NCBI GenBank assembly: GCA_038064435.1
Contig: JBBTTC010000004.1
Coordinates: forward strand, 3,615 to 67,614
Length of the DNA: 64,000 nt
DNA from: Patescibacteria group bacterium
GTDB taxonomy: Bacteria > Patescibacteriota > Minisyncoccia > Phycocordibacterales > JACOZG01
Direction of reading: 5' to 3'
Positions 21,248 through 30,118 of the stretch are shown in pieces (positions within the stretch are counted from its first letter, which is position 1; each line of letters begins with the position of its first letter). The translations under genes and the position numbers were made by a program. Under the pieces are notes generated by a model, which had not been told where the DNA came from, made no database searches, and saw nothing but the letters and a program-made list of their open reading frames with translations.

Positions 21248-21931
21248 ATGACCCAAATTATCTTTAAATACGATCTCGGCAAGGACACAGAAAACTTCAT
21301 CCGTGGAACTCGGGCGAAGAATAGCTCCAAACCAACTAGGCTTCAGGAAGTATACGTCGCTCAAAACGGCACCGATTATGACGAAGTAAAAGTTAAGGAA
21401 TTTTTAGAATCATACGCAAACGAGATTTCTCTCGATCCGAATAAAGCGGTGAAAGAGCTTGAGGAAAGCTGGAAGAAGATAGAAAAAACATTTCTGCAAC
21501 GAATTGAAACCATGTTCAAAATCACTTACCCGACCTCACAAATTACCGCCTACCTCACCACCAACCAGCGTTGCACCTATAACATTCCCGAAAATTATTT
21601 CTTCGTAAATTTCACTGCCAAATCTTCTAACCACATTATCATGCATGAACTATTCCATTTTTATACCTGGTACACACTTCATGATGATCTGGTGGCAGCG
21701 GGAATAGACGAAAATCAATATAACAACATTAAAGAATCGCTTACGATTCTGCTCAACACCGAATTTCTAGAATTGATGAACGGCGCACACGATGAGGGCT
21801 ACCCTCAACACGTCGAGATGCGCGAGAAAGTACAAGAATTATGGAGCAGTTCAAAAAACATCCGGGAAGTTGCTTCCGGTGTGTTTTCCCTCCCCAACCC
21901 CAGCAACTCAAGTTCTTATTCCTCATCGTAG
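21248..21931 (+). CDS. Hypothetical protein with HExxH motif (putative zinc metallopeptidase)
   Basis: MHELFHF followed by a downstream KESLT glutamate. Confidence 0.6.
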   Translation: MTQIIFKYDLGKDTENFIRGTRAKNSSKPTRLQEVYVAQNGTDYDEVKVKEFLESYANEISLDPNKAVKELEESWKKIEKTFLQRIETMFKITYPTSQITAYLTTNQRCTYNIPENYFFVNFTAKSSNHIIMHELFHFYTWYTLHDDLVAAGIDENQYNNIKESLTILLNTEFLELMNGAHDEGYPQHVEMREKVQELWSSSKNIREVASGVFSLPNPSNSSSYSSS

Positions 21932-22054
21932 GCGTGCTTGAGACCGCCGGCGGAAAAATTACTCTCACGCCCGCCCATCAGACCCCCAAAAACACATACT
22001 CCTACGAAGACCTAAGATTGGTGAAGTTGTTCTTGTCATTGTAAGATAAGACAG

Positions 22055-22714
22055 ATGGATCAAACGATCAACCCACAACCACCACCCAAATCAAAAGTTG
22101 GCTGGAGGTGGCTAGCGCCGGCATTGCTGGTCTTAATTTTTATGTATTTTCTCGTACTCGAAAACTTAGGGTTTTTTGCGAGAAGAGACTACACGACATG
22201 GTTGGATTTTATTACTTGGACACTGGTGATAACTTGGTTTGCCTCCATCGTGGTTTCAATTATTTTGGGCATTATTACTCCTAATAAAAAATATAAATCT
22301 ATATCCTTATTGTTGGCAGTAACAGCGCTGGTTTTGACCTACTATTTGTCTCTGCCGCAAAGTCATCCGAAAAGACCCTCTGGCGCCGGGACAAGAGCAG
22401 CTATGGCTACGGTCCGTTTCGAATCCGAACTTTTTTACGACAATGTTGGCAATAATACTTACGGCCAAGTAACTGCAAATTGCGAGCAACCCAATTCACT
22501 TTTCGATTACGAGCCCATTAGGCAGGCAATCAATGCGGCCGAACAATATTCGAAGAACGAGGCAGTATGCCTATCGACGCCGGAAGCTTATGCCGCCTCA
22601 ATTAAACTGCCAGACAAAAACACATTTTGGTGCATCGACAGTACCGGTTTTGCCGGCGAAACTTTAAGAAACATCACCCGGCCCATCTGTGGGGAAAAAG
22701 TGTCAAATCAGTAA
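22055..22714 (+). CDS. Multi-TM protein with C-terminal pilin-like head
   Basis: Three TMs, then RFESELFY...C...SLF...C.S...WCIDSTG resembling the pilin head. Confidence 0.7.
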   Translation: MDQTINPQPPPKSKVGWRWLAPALLVLIFMYFLVLENLGFFARRDYTTWLDFITWTLVITWFASIVVSIILGIITPNKKYKSISLLLAVTALVLTYYLSLPQSHPKRPSGAGTRAAMATVRFESELFYDNVGNNTYGQVTANCEQPNSLFDYEPIRQAINAAEQYSKNEAVCLSTPEAYAASIKLPDKNTFWCIDSTGFAGETLRNITRPICGEKVSNQ

Positions 22715-22721
22715 CCGGTGA

Positions 22722-23381
22722 TCAGACTAAATCTTTTTTCTTGCTCTCAAATTCATCTTTATTAATTTCGCCTTTGGCGTAACGGCTTTTAAGAACTTCA
22801 AGAGCGGAACCGCCCGGCACCTGCCCATGACCCGCTAGCCATTTAACGAGCGAAACAACACCAAAGATCACCAATACCCACCATAAAATCATCAATAGCC
22901 AACCGAGACCACCGGCGCGTGCATGAGCAAAATATCCGGGCCCACCACCGCCCCAGGTCTGCATCATCGGCATCCAACCACCAAAATTGCCCATACCGCC
23001 CAAAGCTGAAGCCGACGGATCACAACCCGACAAACGTTTGCCGAGCGCGATGTGAATCTGCTCCTCTCCCTCCTCACCATGAGCTTGGACCATCATGGCA
23101 TTCATGGCGGCATGCGACTCGCCCATCATCTGCCCCATGTAATATTCGCCCAGCACGCCAAACTGTTCGTCGCCCAAACTCGTGCAGGTAATTTCTTTGG
23201 CCTGCAATTTAGACCACAGTTCCAAGCCTTCTTGTTCCTCACGGGCGGTATGCTCCACAATTTCATCCCAATCAACTGCGACACCCGCGCGGCCGCCACC
23301 CATCATCATCTGCGCTTCAGCGTCATTGATAAAAAACAAAACACTGCCAGCAAACATCATCCCAAAAATAATTTTTTTCAT
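22722..23381 (-). CDS. Met-rich SHOCT domain membrane protein
   Basis: C-terminal ALEVLKSRYAKGEINKDEF; many Met and His residues. Confidence 0.8.
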   Translation of the reverse strand: MKKIIFGMMFAGSVLFFINDAEAQMMMGGGRAGVAVDWDEIVEHTAREEQEGLELWSKLQAKEITCTSLGDEQFGVLGEYYMGQMMGESHAAMNAMMVQAHGEEGEEQIHIALGKRLSGCDPSASALGGMGNFGGWMPMMQTWGGGGPGYFAHARAGGLGWLLMILWWVLVIFGVVSLVKWLAGHGQVPGGSALEVLKSRYAKGEINKDEFESKKKDLV

Positions 23382-23397
23382 GTTTACAATTAAATCG

Positions 23398-23781
23398 CTA
23401 TTTAAACCAATCTCTGGGTGTGCGCGGCCAGCCGCGCACCAAAAGTAGGGCCAGCGGCGCGCCCCAATTAGCCCAACGTTCGACGAAATCCCAAATTGGA
23501 TCAGGCCCGAATGGCCAGCGAACCATTGCAGTCCATAGTCCCCACACCATCATCCAGAGGAGAGCTACACGAACCGGCCTAATGAGAACTAAGAGAGCTA
23601 ACGTTACGTCGATAATGCCAATAAAAAAAAGAATCGTGGTGATTGTATCGGCATTGATAATACCGAATGGATAGAAATACTTAAACCACCCCTCCTTGCC
23701 CTGAAGCGCAAACATACCGTGGCCAATGAACTCGCCAGCCACCGCGATACGCAAAACCCATTCGACAAGTTTTACATTCAT
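23398..23781 (-). CDS. DoxX-like membrane protein
   Basis: LRIAVAGEFIGHG...ERWANWGAPLALL. Confidence 0.65.
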   Translation of the reverse strand: MNVKLVEWVLRIAVAGEFIGHGMFALQGKEGWFKYFYPFGIINADTITTILFFIGIIDVTLALLVLIRPVRVALLWMMVWGLWTAMVRWPFGPDPIWDFVERWANWGAPLALLLVRGWPRTPRDWFK

Positions 23782-23839
23782 TAATTATTTTTATTACTAA
23801 ACTATTAATAAACACCGCTCATTTTAATTTTACCACCTT

Positions 23840-25900
23840 TTACAATTCTCGTCTCTTTAATAAAATAGCATTAACCGAAACGATAATCGTGCTGACTGAC
23901 ATCAACACCGCGGCCAAGGCCGGTTCCAGCACAATACCGCGAAAAGCCAAAGCGCCAGCGGCCAGCGGCAGGGCAAAGATGTTGTAGCCAGCCGCCCACC
24001 ACAGATTTTGAATCATTTTGGAATAAGTGAGCTGAGACAATCTAATAATTTTCACAATATCGCGTGGATCATTCCGCACCAAAATGATTCCGGCCGACTC
24101 GATCGCCACATTGGTGCCAGCGCCGATGGCAACACCGAGATCGGCGGCGGCGAGGGCCGGCGCGTCATTAATGCCATCACCCACCATGGCCACCTTCAAG
24201 CCACGACCCTGCAGAGCCTTAACCTTAGCTGATTTTTGCTCTGGCAAAACGCGGGCAAAGTATTCCTCAATACCCAATTCGGCGGCAACCTGTTTGGCCA
24301 CATCTTCAGAATCACCGGTGATCATCGCTGTTTTCACACCCAAACCATGAAGCTGCTCGATGGCTGCCTTGGCCTCCGGACGAATAGTATCGGCCACGCT
24401 GATGGTCCCGATCTTCTGCCCGCCAACTTCCACCACAATATCGGCACCGCCCCGATGACCAACAAAAACGTTTTGGCCATCAACCACCGCTTCGGCGCCA
24501 ATACCGGGAATACGCTTAAAGTTTTGCGCCGACTTAACAATTAACTTTCGATGCTTGGCCTCGGCGACAATGGCTTGAGCAATGGGATGTTCCGAGTGTT
24601 CGTCCACGGCCGCGGCTAGGGCTAAAGATTCGTCCGAGCTAACTCCAGTAACGGCAAATTTACCGGCCGTTAGAGTGCCAGTTTTATCAAACAACACCAT
24701 ATTGACCGTCCGGGCCGCCTCGAGCGCCAAGCGCTGCTTGACCAAAAAACCGTTCCGCGCCGCCTTGGTGGTGGAAATTGATGCCACCAGCGGCACGGCA
24801 AGGCCGAGTGCGTGCGGACAAGCCACCACCAACACCGCCACCAAACGCGCCACGGCAAAACCTACTTCCGCGCCAGCCAACAGCCACGAAACCAAGGTGA
24901 TCACTCCGCCCCCCACCGCCACCACGGTTAAGTAGAGCGCCGCGCGATCCGACAAAATTTGTAAGCGTGATTTAGAAGCCTGCGCCTCGGCCACCAACCG
25001 CATCACTCCAGCCAAAAAAGTTTTCTCACCAATACTATCCACCCGGACTTGCAACGAGCCGTCGCCATTGATCGTACCGGCAATCACCCTATTGCCAGAT
25101 TTCTTAACCACCGGCTTGGATTCACCGGTCACCATTGACTCATTAATGTCCGAGTCACCGCTAATGATCGCGCCGTCGGCGGGAATTTTAGCCCCCGGAC
25201 GCACCACCACCGTATCGCCGGCCAACAATTCCGACAAAGCGATCATTACGGTTTTTTCTCCACGGACGACCTCGGCCGTATCGGGCAATAGTTTCGATAA
25301 TTCTTTTAGCGCGCCCTGCGCGCCAGAAACGGCCCGCATCTCCAACCAGTGACCAAGAAGCATGATCGTGATCAGAGTGGTCAACTCCCAGAACAGCGCC
25401 TCCGCACCGGCAAAAACTGCATAGACGCTCCAGAAGTAGGCGGCGGAGATGGCGATGGCTATTAGGGTCATCATGCCGGGCAGTCGTCCCTTAATTTCCC
25501 GCCACGCTCCAGCCATAAAAACCCAACCGCCATAAAAGAAAACCAGAGAACCCAAAATTAACGGCAAATAATCAGTGCCCGGGAAAGCCGGTGGTGACCA
25601 GAGTCCGCCAGAGGCGGATCCGCCTATGGCGGAAAAAATCATTTGAGTAACATCGGCATACAGCACCACCGGTATCGTCAAAACTAAACTAACCCAGAAT
25701 TTACGCATAAACATGGCGGTGCTGTGACCTGCGTGTTTACTCGTACTGTGCTTAATCGGCACCAAACTCATTCCACATTCCGGGCACATGCCCGGCCGAG
25801 ACTGTTGCACCTCCGGATGCATGGGGCAAGTGTAAACTGTCCCCGCTCTATCTTGGTGCGATTCGTTTTTAATTGGTGTGTGATGACAACAATTGTGCAT
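23840..25900 (-). CDS. copB: Copper-translocating P1B-type ATPase (CopB-like)
   Basis: YTCPMHP metal-binding domain, TGES, CPHALGLA, DKTGTLT, GDGINDAP, YN and MSxST motifs. Confidence 0.9.
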   Translation of the reverse strand: MHNCCHHTPIKNESHQDRAGTVYTCPMHPEVQQSRPGMCPECGMSLVPIKHSTSKHAGHSTAMFMRKFWVSLVLTIPVVLYADVTQMIFSAIGGSASGGLWSPPAFPGTDYLPLILGSLVFFYGGWVFMAGAWREIKGRLPGMMTLIAIAISAAYFWSVYAVFAGAEALFWELTTLITIMLLGHWLEMRAVSGAQGALKELSKLLPDTAEVVRGEKTVMIALSELLAGDTVVVRPGAKIPADGAIISGDSDINESMVTGESKPVVKKSGNRVIAGTINGDGSLQVRVDSIGEKTFLAGVMRLVAEAQASKSRLQILSDRAALYLTVVAVGGGVITLVSWLLAGAEVGFAVARLVAVLVVACPHALGLAVPLVASISTTKAARNGFLVKQRLALEAARTVNMVLFDKTGTLTAGKFAVTGVSSDESLALAAAVDEHSEHPIAQAIVAEAKHRKLIVKSAQNFKRIPGIGAEAVVDGQNVFVGHRGGADIVVEVGGQKIGTISVADTIRPEAKAAIEQLHGLGVKTAMITGDSEDVAKQVAAELGIEEYFARVLPEQKSAKVKALQGRGLKVAMVGDGINDAPALAAADLGVAIGAGTNVAIESAGIILVRNDPRDIVKIIRLSQLTYSKMIQNLWWAAGYNIFALPLAAGALAFRGIVLEPALAAVLMSVSTIIVSVNAILLKRREL

Positions 25901-25906
25901 AAGGTT

Positions 25907-26332
25907 TTATTTGAGTTCCCACTTAAATAAACGTTCGGAAACAGCACCAACGTTTTTGATTTTTAATTCCAGATAGTTGGAAGAGTAATCGAGAGATTGG
26001 AATACCAGTACACCCGCCCGATGATGCCCGCCGACTGCTCCCTCCCATCTTATGGGCCGATGCTCCGCGCCTCGGTCATCAGTCAAAGTAGTTACACTGA
26101 CCATATCCTGATCTAGTTCGATCGAATGTGTATCCATCACTACGTTGAACATCCATTCCCGAGAACCGGACGACAACTTTATGGGCGTCACGGCCACAGT
26201 AACACCGGCCCGCTGATCGCTTTTTGTTTCCCATTTTTGCTGTACTTGTTCTGGCAAACGCTCCTCATAAAAAACCAATATCGCCACAAGGAAAGCGGCG
26301 ACCAAGATGATTATGGTCGTTGATTTTTTCAT
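25907..26332 (-). CDS. Hypothetical exported His-containing protein
   Basis: N-terminal TM; DTHS and GGHHR motifs; within the copper cluster. Confidence 0.7.
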   Translation of the reverse strand: MKKSTTIIILVAAFLVAILVFYEERLPEQVQQKWETKSDQRAGVTVAVTPIKLSSGSREWMFNVVMDTHSIELDQDMVSVTTLTDDRGAEHRPIRWEGAVGGHHRAGVLVFQSLDYSSNYLELKIKNVGAVSERLFKWELK

Positions 26333-26772
26333 AGATGCTTTTTGAACTTGATGATTTTATGACCGATAAATACGATCCCCAAAATATTGAAGGCTAAACC
26401 AACCCAAAAGATCTGTAACTGATATTGAGCGACGAAGGAAAGAGCACCGGCCAAACCAAGCAAAGGCACGATATTGGTCAAGTAATGGGCGCAACACGAA
26501 ATCATCGAGAGCGTCGAAGTTGTACCGGTCACGCCCAAAATCTTAGCCGCGCCGGGCCGTCCGACGATCAGACCCCGAAGATAAACATACAAGCCAACCT
26601 GAACACCAAAACCAAAAGCCAAACTGGTGATAAAATACCAGAAATCAGCAAACTGCCCCCAAGTAAAATTCCAACCAGAAACCAAGGTCAACACCGCAAA
26701 ATACAGCCCGAGCAACAGCAAGCTGGCCGATAAACCGTATACTAGTGATTTTTTTACCTCAAACATCCTCAT
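26329..26772 (-). CDS. Membrane protein with SCCAH motif
   Basis: About four TMs with MISCCAHY inside the membrane region. Confidence 0.7.
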   Translation of the reverse strand: MRMFEVKKSLVYGLSASLLLLGLYFAVLTLVSGWNFTWGQFADFWYFITSLAFGFGVQVGLYVYLRGLIVGRPGAAKILGVTGTTSTLSMISCCAHYLTNIVPLLGLAGALSFVAQYQLQIFWVGLAFNILGIVFIGHKIIKFKKHL

Positions 26773-26781
26773 AGTTTTATT

Positions 26782-27555
26782 TTATACCCCACAACTAACT
26801 TGCTCTTGCCGTTCGGATGAAGCCAATGAAGCGGCGATTTTGGCGTAACCCGAAGCGCTGGAATACTGGGCGTCCAAAACTTCACGCGGTTTGACGGCAT
26901 CCCATTCGACACCCTGATTTTTGAAGTAAACAGCAATGGTCCGATAATGATCCGGAAACCAGTAAGTATTAGCGATGAGCGCCATCTGCCACATCTCTTC
27001 TTCGCTCGCACCCTGCGCGGCCATTAATTCTAGCAAGCCCAACATCGCCATACCATGATTGCAGTCAGGGAAATGCGCCGAGTTATTACAGCATGGCCGA
27101 TAAATCCCCCGCGCTAGGCGATCAACGATCGCCTGTTGCTCGGGTGTTAGGGTGACAAATTGATGCTGACTGTAGTGATCCATGGTCGGACCACGAGCCA
27201 AGGTCCAACCGCCGGTCGAGGCAAAATTGCCGGCGCCACCGTAGCGCGCGTCCATCATTTCGCCCGATTCCAATATTGGATTTTTATTCGCCAAACCGAG
27301 CGCCCAAAACAAATTAAGCCACTGGTGAGAATTGGCCGCCGTAATTTCTAGCGGCGCTAATTTTTGATCAGTTAGCCAAGCATCGTATCCGGCTGGCAAT
27401 TTTTCAACGTCAATTACTCCGGACGCCACCAACCGGGCACCCAAGTCACCCCAATGCAACTTCACACTCTCAACCTCTTTTGTCGGTTGTGATTTTGGCA
27501 AACCAATCAGAACAATTAACAGAACTAAAATTGCAATCGTTAAACTATTTTTCAT
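26782..27555 (-). CDS. Hypothetical exported Cys/His protein
   Basis: RPCCNNSAHFPDCNHGMAM; C-terminal SCGV. Confidence 0.75.
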   Translation of the reverse strand: MKNSLTIAILVLLIVLIGLPKSQPTKEVESVKLHWGDLGARLVASGVIDVEKLPAGYDAWLTDQKLAPLEITAANSHQWLNLFWALGLANKNPILESGEMMDARYGGAGNFASTGGWTLARGPTMDHYSQHQFVTLTPEQQAIVDRLARGIYRPCCNNSAHFPDCNHGMAMLGLLELMAAQGASEEEMWQMALIANTYWFPDHYRTIAVYFKNQGVEWDAVKPREVLDAQYSSASGYAKIAASLASSERQEQVSCGV

Positions 27556-27721
27556 CACAGCAATGAGCTAATTTTTTTACAATGTCGCCAATCGACCACG
27601 GCTTTCCGTTACCGATCTCATTTAGTATCTGGCGGCGCTTTTCGCATTTCGAACAATGCGGAAGGTGGAGAATTTTTGTAATCTTAGCGATCATGTCGCC
27701 CAACTTGAATTGTTTTTTCAT
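27545..27721 (-). CDS. Small 58-aa CxxC protein absent from the ORF track
   Basis: MKKQFKLGDMIAKITKILHLPHCSKCEKRRQILNEIGNGKPWSIGDIVKKLAHCCDEK; ATGA overlap with the upstream gene and overlap with the downstream start. Confidence 0.75.
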   Translation of the reverse strand: MKKQFKLGDMIAKITKILHLPHCSKCEKRRQILNEIGNGKPWSIGDIVKKLAHCCDEK

Positions 27722-28500
27722 AACAGAAAAATTAATACCCCAAGAATCACCATGGCTACTCCGCCCCAGAGTCTAAGATTTTTTGTTTCGGATTTTTTCC
27801 AACTCTGCACCTTAGCGATCAGCTCGCGGTTGCTAGCGATGAGTAGAATAATTACCAATGGCAGGACAAAAATTAGATTGTAGAGAAGTAAATAACCAAC
27901 ACCAGTTAGATACGTGCTGTAATCGTGGAGCAAACCGAGCACCATTAAGTAGGGTCCGCCGGTACACGGGAACTCGCACAAGCCTACCAAAGCCCCCAGC
28001 AAAAAAGCCGCCGGCAAGGTAGCACGAGACATCAGGCCGGCCATTTTTTTGTGAGCCACGGACGGGATCCGTAGCTTGACCGGAAAAGACGGGAAGAATT
28101 CATTCACCAGATTAAGGCCGCCGAGCGCCAACAAAAGCGCCGCCCCCACCTTGGCCATAAAATGCGGAGTATTGAAGAGATGCAGAGCTTGGAATAAACC
28201 GAGGCCGATTAACAGATAAACCAGCAATAAGCCCAAAATATAGACGCTACCAATCTTAAGAATACCGGCCCGCGACTTGCCCAAAGATAGCAAAAAGCCG
28301 ACGGTTAAAATCAGAAGGCCAAAGGCGCAGGGATTGATGCTGTCGATCAAGGCCGCCACCGCCACCAAGGGCAAAAGCCATTTCCCGCCCGCGCTTAAGT
28401 TCCACAACGCGGTTGTGCCGATATTACCGGCGCGAAAGAAAATCACTCCGCCAAAGATGATGAGAGCTAGGGCGATTAGAATCGCCAATTTTTTACTCAT
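27718..28500 (-). CDS. CcdA/DsbD-like transmembrane disulfide transporter
   Basis: DSINPCAF and CEFPCTGGPY motifs; multiple TMs. Confidence 0.85.
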   Translation of the reverse strand: MSKKLAILIALALIIFGGVIFFRAGNIGTTALWNLSAGGKWLLPLVAVAALIDSINPCAFGLLILTVGFLLSLGKSRAGILKIGSVYILGLLLVYLLIGLGLFQALHLFNTPHFMAKVGAALLLALGGLNLVNEFFPSFPVKLRIPSVAHKKMAGLMSRATLPAAFLLGALVGLCEFPCTGGPYLMVLGLLHDYSTYLTGVGYLLLYNLIFVLPLVIILLIASNRELIAKVQSWKKSETKNLRLWGGVAMVILGVLIFLL

Positions 28501-28994
28501 TAGGGTGTGACTAGAGCCGAAAAGCCGAGCTCGACTGGCCGGCCGGTGCTATTTTCAATCGTCACCACGCGCTGGATCCGGCCCACGCCGGCCGGCCCGT
28601 GGGCGGCCGGATCAAACACCACTTCAATCAATGCTTCATCGCCGGGCGCCAAATTTTCGTCGATCTTGGGAATGGCGCCATGACCGGGCATACCGTAGGG
28701 GCCAATTTTTTTACCGTCAACAGTAAGTTCGGCCGTGGTGCACATGCAAGAGGTATACATTTTATTAATGGTCACCACAGTCGGGCTGGTATTTTTAATG
28801 CTAAAAACATGCTTAACCATACCAGCGGCCATGGAAATGGTGCCAAAATTGTAATCGGGGTTTTCTTCAACCACCAGAGCCGCGCCACCACTGGCCGCGG
28901 CCGGAACAGTTTTTTGATCAGTGGGACGGGCCAACCAAATCAATCCAGACAAACCGAGAATAACAACGACAATGTAAATAGTTATTTTGTTCAT
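28500..28994 (-). CDS. DUF1573-like Ig-fold protein
   Basis: YNFGTI...TSCMCT...FDPAAHGPAG. Confidence 0.8.
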   Translation of the reverse strand: MNKITIYIVVVILGLSGLIWLARPTDQKTVPAAASGGAALVVEENPDYNFGTISMAAGMVKHVFSIKNTSPTVVTINKMYTSCMCTTAELTVDGKKIGPYGMPGHGAIPKIDENLAPGDEALIEVVFDPAAHGPAGVGRIQRVVTIENSTGRPVELGFSALVTP

Positions 28995-29009
28995 AGTGAT
29001 TAATGATTA

Positions 29010-29038
29010 ACAAAACAAAAATCCCTCAACCGAGGGAT
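29010..29038 (-). terminator. Intrinsic terminator or attenuator before the DUF1573 gene
   Basis: ATCCCTC-GGTT-GAGGGAT followed by TTTTGTTTTGT. Confidence 0.7.
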
Positions 29039-29093
29039 AAGCAGGCTGACGGAGCAAAACGCCATTCGACAAAACGACCCTCACTCCGTCGCC

Positions 29094-29498
29094 CTAAAAA
29101 ACGGTTGGACTAGTTTCGTGCAAAGCCAACCAGCGATTGATTTTGACTCGAGCTGGCGCAACCTCAAGCCCAAATCGTGCCCAAATTCTCGGGGGCGATT
29201 CAGAAAAGACCGTCCAACCAATAATCACCAAAAGAGTGACGAGCAGCAACAGGGCTCCCAAACTAACAGTCCAAAAACTTGAGGCTGGCCCCTTGGCCGC
29301 GCCAAGATGAAAATTAAGAGCAGTTAAAAAACCGCCACTGGCTGGACAATCAGCTAAACTAATTAACTCGGCCAAACAATCATGATTATTCTGGCCAGCC
29401 GCATGACCCATTAATAATGGACTAAAAACCATCAAACCGGCCAAAACAACGATTAACAATATCGCCACACCGTAAGTTAAAAAACTCAGCCGCAACAT
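29094..29498 (-). CDS. Two-TM His/Cys protein heading the copper cluster
   Basis: TM-GH...HDC...DCP...H-TM-WLALHETSP; TG-T-TAAAAT lies 7 nt before ATG 29498. Confidence 0.65.
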   Translation of the reverse strand: MLRLSFLTYGVAILLIVVLAGLMVFSPLLMGHAAGQNNHDCLAELISLADCPASGGFLTALNFHLGAAKGPASSFWTVSLGALLLLVTLLVIIGWTVFSESPPRIWARFGLEVAPARVKINRWLALHETSPTVF

Positions 29499-29536
29499 GA
29501 CGTTCATTTTAACAAAATGTGTGGTAGACTTCAAGC

Positions 29537-30112
29537 ATGATTAGCTTTTTAAAGAGAAACATATTATTGATGGTCGCCTTTGGTTTGCCAGTGGTATTTA
29601 TTGCGGGAGTAGTTTTGAGTATTTATCTGCCCGGTGTGTCAACGGCTTATGATTTCGTCTACGCGAGCTGTAACAAAAGCTATGGTTATTACGATGATGT
29701 TTGTAGCCGGTATCTAAACAACGCTCATGTTGTAGAAAATGGCAAGCTGGTAAATAAGCCGATTGATCCGACCCAAGACATAAACCGAAACAAAATTCCC
29801 GATGCCAACGAGTTCACGGCGCGCTTTTTCCGTCACGATACAGCTAAAAACGAGAGTCGAGAAATTACTCTGGGCGAGACGCAAATGTTAAATTTCAATC
29901 AGCTTTTGACTTCGCCCGACGGCGTGACGATCAGTAGCCACTCCAGCTATAATTCTGGCTTCTTCCCACTGTTTGACGGACGATCCAGTTATGGCCGATC
30001 ACTAGTCAAGGGCCGCCGCAGTACACGCCTCAATTTAATTAACGGCGTCGATCGCTATTATGATCCGTCCGACTTTCACTTTGTCGGCTGGGTTTTACCA
30101 GGTAGAAACTAA
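29537..30112 (+). CDS. Hypothetical membrane-anchored protein
   Basis: N-terminal TM; SPDG and FVGWV motifs; co-oriented with the DUF2157 gene. Confidence 0.7.
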   Translation: MISFLKRNILLMVAFGLPVVFIAGVVLSIYLPGVSTAYDFVYASCNKSYGYYDDVCSRYLNNAHVVENGKLVNKPIDPTQDINRNKIPDANEFTARFFRHDTAKNESREITLGETQMLNFNQLLTSPDGVTISSHSSYNSGFFPLFDGRSSYGRSLVKGRRSTRLNLINGVDRYYDPSDFHFVGWVLPGRN

Positions 30113-30118
30113 AAAATT

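Noticed and set aside
19920-29534. Integrative element or prophage at tRNA-Ser
   Set aside because: The genes look accessory, but I see no integrase, phage genes or distal att repeat; the only tRNA-like repeat is 172 bp away.
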